This document shows positions 32,801 to 42,408 of a DNA stretch of 64,000 bases, piece after piece. Both the position numbers and the translations under genes were made by a program. The DNA comes from Klebsormidium nitens (Eukaryota > Plantae > Klebsormidiophyceae). Each line of letters starts with the position of its first letter. The first letter of the stretch is position 1. Under the pieces are notes generated by a model that had not been told where the DNA came from, ran no database searches, and was given only the letters and a program-made list of their open reading frames with translations. The DNA lies in the NCBI GenBank assembly GCA_000708835.1, contig DF237058.1, positions 1 to 64,000 of the forward strand. The letters run 5' to 3'.

Positions 32801-34641
32801 GCCAGCTGAGATCCTTTGGTTCAGTGAAAGTCCGTGCTCTCCCAGATGGTCGGACTGGATTCTTTCCCTCTTTTTGCTAGCTGGCGGTCTGCAGCGAGGT
32901 GACGTGTACCTGGGCATGGAAGCTCGAACGTCTATATCTTTCTCTCCTGATTGCTGCAAGCCGAAACACTTCAGTCCAGGATTCCATCCGCTAACGTCAT
33001 CATCTCCTGCTCACGTAAACAGACTTCCCCCCTATACCCAGGTTGCAGATATGCGGCGCATGGACGCGTATCTGGGCGTGGATGGCGATGAGTATTTTGT
33101 TCATCTCTTTCCGTGGACGTGTCAGAGCACACTGTTCTTTCAGCTGATTGTCTACACATCGGCTGACGTCAGCAACCTCCGTCATTCCAGGTGGCGATGA
33201 TGCGGCGCATGGACGCGTACCTGCGCATGGAGGCCAAAGGCTCGGCGATATTTCTTGTTTCGCAAGCCGAGAAGTCTCTAAGTGCAGGGTTGCATCAACT
33301 GACGTCATCATCGATTTGCCTCTTCCCCAGGTTGCGATGATGCGGCGCATGGACGTGTATCTGGGCGTCGAGGGCGAGGAGATGATGCACGCGCTGCTGA
33401 TGCGGCCGGCGGCGGTGGTTGTGCAACTGATGCAGTACGGCACGGACGGCACCTTCCTGGGTAGCCACTGCAAGCACGTCGCGCACATGCTGGAGCTAAG
33501 GTTAGCACAAACCCCATCTTAAACCGAACAACAAGATCTTCTGAATATTTTGTTTGACTGAGGATTCGGTATGGATAAGACACAGATTCTGGAGACCCAT
33601 TGCAAGCACGCGACGTGCATGCTGGAGCTAAGGCTAGCGCAAACCCATGAACTGAGTGGCAAATTTCTTGCGTTTTTTTGGGTTCGAAATGGATTTGGTA
33701 GCGTCATGACTCAGTCACAGATCCTGGGAGCCACTGCAAGTTTGTCGAGCGCATGCTGGAGCTAAGGTGGGTTGAATAACCCTGGGGAATGTGGGGGGAA
33801 AAACCTTCTGATCGCAAATTACAAAGAAATGCATGATGACAACGACAAATTCCTGATTCAGGGATACTGCAAGCACGTGGCGCAGGACGCTTATGATGGT
33901 ACTAAGGATAGAGCTAAGTATTGTTATACCTGGAGACTAACCCGTTATATTCTGAATAGCCTTGTGGTTGAGTCACGCTTCTTGGGCACACTCGCGCAAG
34001 CCTGTGGCGCGCATGCTGGAGGCAAGGTGAGGCTGGAACGCCAAGAAAGATCGATGATCATGAAACAAAGAACTTTATACCATGGCAATCGATTTCAACC
34101 CGTTGCAAGAGGTACTGCAAGCACGTGGCGCGCATGCTGGAATATCGGTTAGGGCAAACCCTGACTGCGCAGTAAAGGACGCTGTTCAAACCTCTCTGAT
34201 TAATCAAGAATGCATTAACCGTTTGAGCTATTTGCAACCCTTCGGATATTACAGCAGGCACGGGGCGCTCACACCGGAGGTAAGATCAGGGAATATCTGA
34301 CATACGCTTTTCCGAATCACTGATATTTGGAGATGGCCAGGCTTACAGATCTCGAAGTCTCATCCTTATGGCGCAGTTATGTGGAGTGGGTGGCGAAGCT
34401 AGAAGACACGAACCTGCTCGAAGTGGTAAAGGGCGACAAAACCCACCCGGCCGTGGTGGATCCGCGCGCAGTCTGGGGGGGTAAAACGTCCCTTGGAGAG
34501 ACCCCCGATGCAGGACTGCACGCAGGGCTCACTTATTACCATGACCTAGATGTCAGGATTCCAAAGGAAGAAGCTCTCAAGATCTTCGCCAGCGTCAAAC
34601 AATTACTGGTCACTCCAAAACCCCTTAAACCCTGGTGGTAA
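26898..34641 (+). CDS. Glycosyltransferase family 61 (DUF563), type II membrane protein with coiled-coil stem, ~564 aa, 11 exons
   Basis: Exons 26898-27018, 27452-27504, 27825-27905, 28513-28704, 29357-29481, 29999-30149, 30839-30958, 31513-31584, 32180-32488, 33331-33500, 34341-34641 join in phase. N-terminal TM VLAALCVGIVLIMSAV. Plant GT61-like motifs: MCHVTGDVRI, IQPHPRKFD, LVFSVGGMIGNFVNDYSDVFLPLY, RRLVNEKEV, HPAVVDP, YYHDLDVRI. Confidence 0.88.
28650..29010 (+). repeat. Three tandem copies (~145-nt period) of GT61 exon 4 3' end plus donor
   Basis: CGGGTGCGAGAAGGGCAACCA...ATGTGCCACGTC(A/G)CG at ~28659 (true), ~28801 and ~28949. Copy 2 keeps the GTGAGG donor. Confidence 0.92.
29860..30070 (+). 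repeat. One decayed upstream copy of GT61 exon 6 acceptor and 5' end
   Basis: GGTGCAGCC...GCGCTGG(C/G)GCTCGGCAAGTGCGTCAAC occurs at ~29895-29944 and ~30024-30068. Confidence 0.85.
30418..30895 (+). repeat. Four tandem copies (~127-142-nt period) of GT61 exon 7 branch point, acceptor and 5' end
   Basis: The unit CTGACGTCAT...CC(C/T)GCAGTT...GGGGCGAGGTGGTGTTGCACGT repeats with TGCACG anchors at ~30485, 30611, 30746 and 30888 (true). Six perfect TGACGTCA lie in the array. Confidence 0.9.
32870..33380 (+). repeat. Four tandem copies (~140-160-nt period) of GT61 exon 10 acceptor and 5' end
   Basis: AG|(G/C)T(T/G)GC...ATGCGGCGCATGGACG(C/T)GTA(T/C)CTG-like starts at 32881 (most decayed), 33042, 33191 and 33331 (true). 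All retain an AG. Confidence 0.88.
33460..34155 (+). repeat. Six tandem copies (~120-140-nt period) of GT61 exon 10 3' end plus donor
   Basis: ACTGCAAGCACGT...CATGCTGGAGCTAAG|G anchors at 33486 (true), 33618, 33752, ~33892, 34012 and 34133. Confidence 0.9.
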
Positions 34642-35290
34642 CCTAGGACTGCGCGTAGGGTTAGCAGACTGCCAGTACTGCAATTTGACTTGCTGATCAT
34701 GGTCCGAGTCGGGAAAGGGTGGAAAGCAGAGGGTTGAGGGGATCGCGGACGCTAATAACGCAGCTACAGCATAGCATTTGCTTTTGATAAGGTCTTAAGC
34801 ATGTGGGCGGTGCATGTATGTCTGTCAAATGACAATGTTGGGCGTTTGGGCGCCGTCCACTAGAAGCTCGCACAAACTGTTTCCTTCCTAGTTGGCGGGC
34901 ATTTGAGATGACTTTGGGCCCGTACGGTGTGCACACGCCGGGTGACCCATTAGGTTTTTTAGGAAAACGAACATGTAATCTCAAACATGGAAAAGGACTT
35001 TGTTATTGGATCAAGGTTGAGGCTTGCAGCTGCATGCTACAGAGGCTACATATTGAATTTGATTGTGGTCACGATACATCTTGTTTCCTTGCATGAATTG
35101 CAAGAGAAGCCCTCCGCATTGAATTGCATGAGAAGTTTGCAGCCTAGGTATATTATAGCTATAGCATGTATGGATCTAGGGCTTATGATGGGCCCGACGA
35201 TTGTACATTTAATCAAATCAACCATGAGAAGAGTGCCGGCCGCTCCTATACTAATACTCATTCATGTAACAAATTATACATGATCGACTC

Positions 35291-35356
35291 GCCTGCATGG
35301 GCGTTGCACGTTTGGAGCGCCTCGGCGAGGCGCTCCAATTGTGCAACGCCCCAGGC
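35291..35356. repeat. Long GC-rich inverted repeat (25-bp hairpin, 3-nt loop)
   Basis: GGGCGTTGCACGTTTGGAGCGCCTC (35299-35323), loop GGC, GAGGCGCTCCAATTGTGCAACGCCC (35327-35351): 23/25 Watson-Crick. GCCTG/CAGGC extends the stem past a 3-nt bulge. Confidence 0.9.
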
Positions 35357-35650
35357 AGCGCTACCGTCGCACCTTGACATCGTCGAAGCTTTTGTAAGCA
35401 TTCAGCTAGATTATTCGCCGGGTCGGACAGATCATAATTGAACTTGCGAAGTTAGGCGTCATGGGCGGCCCGTCGGCCCGAGCTTAATGCTGCAAGACCT
35501 GATCGCAACAATGACCCTTTCAACGAAGATCTACTATACTTTCAGAATTTTTCGACCCTGTGGCGGCAACTCAGTCCTTCAAACCAGAAAAGAGTCGCAC
35601 ATGGATCTATCGAACTTTTGGCCGGACGCTCCGTGACGGCTTGTATGGTC

Positions 35651-38600
35651 TCAACTCAAGTCAGTACCTTTGTACGTGCTCACTTCCAACCCATCTTGCA
35701 CATCGTCCCGATACTCTAGCGTCGACTCGATGATCTCACTTTTATACCGGCCCGACCCTCGCACGTAATTCAAGTATTCAGTTAACGACTTGCTGAAAAT
35801 GCCCGCGTTATCCGCCACAATAACCGCGCCGGGGTTAAGCAAGGGTTCGGCAGCTAGGAGGTAGTCCAAGTATTCAGAGGGCTTTGCGTCGAGGAAGAGA
35901 AAGTCGATGCCGTCGATGGGCTTGGAAAAGAGCGACCCGGTCTTGAGTTGGGGGATCCCCTCCTGTGCGCGGCCCCACCGGACGTCGATCTTGTCCGCCA
36001 TCTTCGCTTGCCACACGAACCTGGCGGAGCAGAACGGAAAGTTCAGGCGAAACGGAAGCGCTCGAATCTCAAGAGCCGCTCAAACCTGTGAAAGGAACAG
36101 ATACGAGCGGCAAGGTCTACAAGATTGTACTCAAAAGAGGTATCTGAGCGAGGGTCTGTTGAACAAGGACACTCGTACACGAGCGCTGCAAATCGAGTAC
36201 CAAAAAAGAAGAGAATCTCTTTGATTGGGTCCTAAACCCGTGACGCTCGGCGGCTGCGAAGCCCGCACCGTTGCCCGTTGATCGCCCAGATCGTACGATC
36301 ACTTTGTCCATTACGTGGCGAATAGAAGCGCGGGTTGTACAGCTTCGCAGACGCTACGCAGGCAGAGGTAAAGCGTTCTCTATCATCGTGAGTATATCAT
36401 TCGTAGCGCCGTCTTCAGTTCCTCAAGACAAGGAAGAGGCCTTGTCCTCCAGCGTTCGCTGAAGCTTTTTACGCTCCAGATGCTCAAAGGTAGAGAACTT
36501 AGTCCGCTGGAACGCACCGTTTGGCGGCAATAAGCCACTTGAAGTCGCTCTCGTATGAGATGATGCGGCCGCCGGGCGGCAGAACTTGTCCCATTCGGAT
36601 GGCCGAGTAACCCAAAAAAGCGCCAACCTGCGGGAATAAACAGAGGGGTCTTAGAAAGGAGAAATTGTTCTGCCAGTGCGAGCACATCCGGAAAGAATAT
36701 CTGCTGGGGTCCGCATCCCAAGAAGCTTGTTTCGTGGCAGCTCTTGCCTAGGCAGAGCAAAGAGAAGAGAAAAAGCTGAATGACATTCGCCTTTACCGAT
36801 AAAGGTTGTAAAGCAAATTGGGCACTCAAAGTTGAGACTTCGTGACATTTGTTAAATGCAAGGGCAAAGCTCCTCAACGTAGCAACAGGAGCCGTGTCAC
36901 TGTTTGGGTCGAGTGCATACGCATAGTTGTCGGCGTGCGATTGCTTAATTTTCACTCCCTTTCGGGCGTGTTTATCGGCCAGAGCTCAGGAGGGCTTTGA
37001 AGCGAGAGCCCAGGCCTCCCAAGGCAGCAGCGCTCCTCATAGCATTTCAAAATAAGGCCTGCTCATGCCACAGTCTGTCGCAATTCGGAAAGATCCGCAA
37101 AACGGAAACGTTTGCACTCAAAGGAGCTTTGAACTCACCTCGACAATAGTCTGCGGCGCCCGCTGAACGACGAGGCCTTGTAAGATGGCGCCCTTCTGCA
37201 CAGTCGAAAGGAGAGCAGGCTTGATCGAAGCCTTCGTGACGTGCGATTGACTAGTCATTAACGAAGTGGAGCTCGATGCTTCTTGATTGAGAGAATGAGA
37301 GACGGGCATTCAGGCACGGGGGGAACTCGACGCTTACTTTCGCTTGCCTTCCAGACCGCATCGGAGTGTCAGCAGGACGGAGCGAGTGTTTCGTGAAGCG
37401 ACATGAAGCGCTTCTCAACAAAGCAAGGTCGCTCTGACGAACTTTCGCCAAGCAATTCCGATCGACCGAAGGGTTCTCTGGTGCCCTCACTTCCGCAACT
37501 TTCAACCAGTCGATTAAAGGCGCTTCTGCATATCGAAGACTATACATTCAATCATCCAAGCGGTTTCGTTCTCGTTTACTTTGACCTTGGGTGTTTAAAA
37601 GCTTCTTACCTTCGGGCCAATCATTGGCAGCTTGTCCTTGTTTCCCCACCGATCCAATCTTCTCAGAATCCAGTTATCGTCGACGGGCTTCAAACGGGAC
37701 ATCTTCTCCCCCTCCTTGTTTACATACACCTCCCTGCGATGTGAATGCCCTCGTCGCAGTCAGAGTCGCCATGCTGATCTTCTTCTGGCGCCTTTTCACA
37801 CTGTCGTTGTGTGCACATAACGAAACGTCTTTGCTGGGGCTTTTACGCGTGTGCATGCAGCAAACCAAAACTACGAAAGCTTTTTGAATCGCCGCTTGTA
37901 GAACGTGCCGTTTAGACCATTCTTCCAGACGCTTCGTCTAAAGCAAGTCTTGTGAAGCTTGCTTTCTCAGCTCGATTGTTGCTCTCACGGGCCACTAGGT
38001 TAGGGGTCCGTTTTGTTGACCAACTTCATCTGGAAAGACTCGGTCTACAAGGGTACTGCTTACCTGTCTCCCAATCGAATCTGTGCCTCCCGAATCGTCC
38101 TCCTCCTCTCGACTCGCTTCTCTGCCTGAAAGCAAAAAGAATAACGTTCGGGGCTCACTTACAGTCTGGTTGGAAACACGTCCTTTCGACCATATATTTT
38201 CCCAATCAATCTCGAGCTTCATACTCTTATCAAACTTCTAGAAGTGAGTATTGAAGCAACAAAGTTCGTGGGTCGGGGGTGTAAGTCCTTACAAGTGCAA
38301 CAGCTGAGAAGACGAGAACACGCAAGCCTTGCTCTCGAGGAAAGGGAAATGACCAAGCAGAAGTTCCGTGCTAACCTGTGCCCCTTCCCAGGTGTATGCG
38401 CCGGCAAAGAGTATCAACCCGACCAGGTTAATAGCAAGGTTGTATTGACCTCCGTCTTCAACCTGCACAGTCAGCAAAAGACGACTGTTCGATTGTGGCA
38501 GGTCGATGCAGAATCATTGCCTGAAAAGACATGAGCTGCTATGTTTGGGATCTGACGTTCAAGGTGATCATCCTGGACGAACTACGGCTTCTTTTATACC

Positions 38601-39871
38601 TCTAATCACCTACCTAACTGGAAGGTTGCCATGTCTTGCCGGTTGCCCTTACGAGAGACTGGTGATCTATCATCCAAAGGTATCAAAGGATGGGCATACT
38701 TCTTCAAAGACACCAGCAAGCTGAAAAGATTTTCATCCAAGGAGATGGACTGCTGCTACGGCTGAAAACCTGGCTGCAGAAGTCTACCTGCTGAGCTAAA
38801 ACGTCAGAAAAGGCTTCAAAAGCAAAGGGCCCGAAGCTTCTGGAAAATGGCTGTTGCTCGACCCAAGTTTTTGAAAGGATTTACAAAAAAGCCTCCAATT
38901 GAGGAAGATTAGGGCGAGAGGACAAAGCTTTTGTAACGTGGCCATTCGGCCCAAAATGACATGTATAATCTCTTTTGTGCTTTCACCTACCTGCAGGGCT
39001 GGATTTTGGAGCAGCTTTGTGAGTGCTATCACACTTGCCACTGTGCAGGACACGGCGCCTGCTGCAAAGTAGACCCTGCGGGAGAGATGTGTTCGACTCA
39101 GCAGCCCCTGAATTAAAAGCGCCATACACATCTCCAGATTGGCCCAGGCAATGCGAAACTGTAGATACTGTACCTCGTTGATACTACTTAGAGCTGAGTC
39201 CTTCACTCGCCGGGGGGGCAAGGACATAAAATATGCACTAACCTCTGGAGCTCAAATTGCAACTTTCAGAACGTAAGGGTGTCTGCTCAGGGCAAAGAAC
39301 GATGCGGGTGGTTGTGCCATGGCGTCCATTGGGGCTTCAGTCTAAGTTTTGTCTCAGTGCTACATCTAATCTGCGTGTCCACGACCTTCTGGAAAGAAGC
39401 CCGCACTTGAAAGGCTCACCTCCGGAGCTGCCGGGGCACAAGGTAGTCAAACCACGTGCGCGCGTCTTTTAGCTCGTCTTCCATCTTCGTTCTTCGCTCC
39501 CGCTCTTCAGCAGAGATTGGTCTCTTCACCTTGACAGATTCCACTTTCATCTGACTTTCTTGTGAGGCATCCTTCTCTGCAACCCGCACAGTGCCCTGAT
39601 CATTTCTCTTTGCCTGCTCTGGACTGCTAGATTCAGCATTGCTATTTTCATCAGAAGCGCGAATCAGCAGTGTTCTTCTCTTCTTCCAGCTTTTTGCATA
39701 GCCTTGACGAGGTCTCCTGCAGATAGCCTTCGGCCAGTGCTGCGAGTGGCTAGATCTGCTGATGTGAGCTGCATTCCGCAGCAAGCGACCTCCGTGCGGC
39801 AATCGTACGAGGGGCTCCAAATGTAATGCAGACGCGCTGGCAGCAGCACAACAATGTAAAGCGTCTGCCAT
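35651..39871 (-). CDS. Plastid-type presequence + LPA1/DUF3493-like two-TM hairpin + catechol/CCoAOMT-like class I O-methyltransferase, ~448 aa, 8 exons
   Basis: Exons 39871-39420, 39075-38991, 38462-38376, 38125-38064, 37733-37610, 37195-37139, 36627-36518, 36020-35651 join in phase. MTase motifs LPMIGPKKGAIL, IVEVGAFLGYSAI, IISYE, FLFLDAK, LNPGAVIVADN. TM segments VYFAAGAVSCTVASVIALTKLL and NLAINLVGLILFAGAYTWE. Confidence 0.85.
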
Positions 39872-40328
39872 GCTGCCACTGCCCTTCCACTCTGCCCCCA
39901 CTTGGCCTCCTAGAAAAAGATTCCACACAAAGCTATCCAGAAAAAGGATTTGGTCAGCAACTCTCGAGCTTTTCCAGCTTGGGACGCATGCATGCATATC
40001 AATCAATTTATATAATTCGCTTGCTTATGTATCTGGACAACCAGTATTCGTCAGAGTATGCCGTGGTCATTCTGCCTGCTCTTGCCGTTCTTCCCGACCT
40101 TGGCAGTCCGGAAGCTCTTGTTTGAGGACCATTGGTGTCAGCGCTGCCATGCCGGTTCCTTCAATCTCGTTCAATCCCGTCAGCATTTTTGAGATTTTGG
40201 AAGTTTTCAGCCGAATATTGCAGGAAAAAGTGTGCCCAGCGCAGCTGCCAGCTAGGTCGTCTGTTTCATTCGGAGAGGCTAATTTCTGATGCTCTCTGAT
40301 CAATGCTTTCTGATCCTCTGTGAAAGCA

Positions 40329-41453
40329 ATGCTCAGGCGATTCATGGGGTTTCCTGCTTGCGCCTCAGCTCTACCCAACGTTTCCCACACATCGTCCACC
40401 ATCAAAGGGGTTGCTGTCACCCAGCATAGCGGCATAGTACCAGCACCTGCATGCATAGCCACAGCAACGCTGCAAAAGTCTCCTCAGCGGACTGCATTCA
40501 GGCCTGACTCGTCTTTCTTTGGTCGGGCCAGGGTTTTGAGATCTGAGCTTTCAGGTACCCAGTGCAACAATTACGCATCGAAGCGGCTGCAGAAGATTGC
40601 ACTTGGAACTGTTCCAAGAGTGCGACCCGCTGGTCAGACAGCGAGACCAATTACAGCAATGGCCTCAGCCGCTGTTGATCAAGGGGAGGTGAGGGCTGAT
40701 GAGGGGCCCACACCGGCCAGTCCGTCTGGGCCAGGATACGAGCTGATTGGGAAGAGTGGTGTCAAGATCATTGACATCGCCGCGAAAGGCCTGGAGGTAA
40801 CAGCAAACAGTATCTCGGGGCTGCGAGTGGAGCCTCTCCCGGGACCGTCCGCTTTCGTAAAGCCGAAGAGCATCTACTTTCAGCAGCAAACACGAAAGAG
40901 AAGATGGGACATGGTCGAGTCACACCCATCGGTATCCATTCTTTTGTACCATAAAGGATTCAAGGCTGCGCTTCTAGTCAGGCAGTTCCGGCCGGCAGTC
41001 TACGTTTCAGAAACGAAGAGGGTGCAACTAGAGGAGGGGCCCACTGCCACCCTTCCGCTCACAGGAGCTTTCACTTACGAGCTGTGCGCTGGCATCGTCG
41101 ACAAGCCTGGCTTGAAACTAGAGGAGATCGCAAAGGAAGAGATCAGGGAAGAGTGCGGGTACGATATCCCCTTGCAATCTATCCGAAAGTTGACGTCATG
41201 GCTGTCAGCAGTTGGCATCAGCGGTGCTCGCCAGACTTGCTACTATGCGGAGATCGATGAGTCGATGAGAGCCGGTAGGGGAGGGGGAAATCTGGTAGAA
41301 GGAGAGGAAATTGATGTAGTCGCTCTGCCAGTAGACCAGATTGACAAGTTTATCATGGATGAGAGCATCCCCAAATCGACAGGGGTGATGTGGGCCACTA
41401 CGTGGCTGCTAGCGAAGCTAAAGGATGAGGAAAGCAGGCAGAAAAGTTCATGA
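40329..41453 (+). CDS. NUDT14: Nudix hydrolase of the NUDT14 (UDP-sugar diphosphatase) / NudK type with long N-terminal extension, intronless, 374 aa
   Basis: Single ORF. It contains WDMVESHPSVSILLY, LVRQFRPAVY, YELCAGIVDKPG, the Nudix box EEIAKEEIREECGY, SAVGISGARQT and GGGNLVEGEEIDVV, matching recalled animal NUDT14 motifs. Orthology is not tested. Confidence 0.88.
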   Translation: MLRRFMGFPACASALPNVSHTSSTIKGVAVTQHSGIVPAPACIATATLQKSPQRTAFRPDSSFFGRARVLRSELSGTQCNNYASKRLQKIALGTVPRVRPAGQTARPITAMASAAVDQGEVRADEGPTPASPSGPGYELIGKSGVKIIDIAAKGLEVTANSISGLRVEPLPGPSAFVKPKSIYFQQQTRKRRWDMVESHPSVSILLYHKGFKAALLVRQFRPAVYVSETKRVQLEEGPTATLPLTGAFTYELCAGIVDKPGLKLEEIAKEEIREECGYDIPLQSIRKLTSWLSAVGISGARQTCYYAEIDESMRAGRGGGNLVEGEEIDVVALPVDQIDKFIMDESIPKSTGVMWATTWLLAKLKDEESRQKSS

Positions 41454-42408
41454 TGTTTTCAACAGCCTGAGTACAATTCTTGTCCTCATGACATGGCAAT
41501 CATGATATCTAATTTAGTTGGGCCAATTGGATGGTTCTTACACCAGATTACCTCCACTCTTACAAACGGTACAGACCAGTTCCTGTCATATTATTGTGAT
41601 CATCTCACAAAGCTAGTGCATGCTATGTTTTGTGCTTTGCTGCATTGAATCACTATCATATGCCAGATCTAGAAGAACCTCAGTGCAGGATGCGAAGGAC
41701 ATATTGAGGATGGTATATATACTGGTAACCTTACTACGGTCCTTAGATTGCAGAAACTGATCAAGGATTGTATAATACTAGGAAGTGCGTCACGGCGCGA
41801 CCATGCGTTATTATTGGGCCGCCCCCAAGCTGCCCGATCCTTATTCGATAGTGTGTGTGACTCATATGCCAGGTGCACTGCTTTCATTCCGTTCGAAACT
41901 TAGTATGAATGCCCGACTTTGCACATGCCAGGCCATGGGGCCGGCCGGCCTTGCATGTGATCGTTCCCCCGTTTAGCATCTGCATGAAAATTTCAAACCA
42001 TGAAAACGTCAATATTATGCTTATTACCATGCAGAAGTTGATTCGGTCACTAAGACAAATTGTAGAGGGCAATTTATTTAACCTGCATGCTTAATGCCAT
42101 TCCGGCTTCGATCAATCACCGCCCTCGGGGCAAGTTGTTAGTATCGATCATATGTCCTACCGCAACACAAGCAATCAGAACACTATCTTATACTTTTTCC
42201 TAACACCAACAACGTTAATTTGCGCAGCTGAGGTCTCTGTCCTGACTCTAACTTATGTACCTTCATCATGATGTACAGTGCAATGGAGTTCTGAAACAGT
42301 GGACCCAGCTTCGGCCTAGCAAACGGCCGCCGCTTATTGGCGCACACAATCAACCCACAGGATCAATTACCCTTCCGAAACCCACAATATCGAAGCAGCA
42401 GCATCTTT

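Noticed and set aside
28650-34155. GT61 repeat arrays as a CRISPR array or as mutually exclusive exons
   Set aside because: Eukaryotic intron context, diverged repeats matching exon edges and no cas genes. Only half-exons are copied, so they lack a second splice site.
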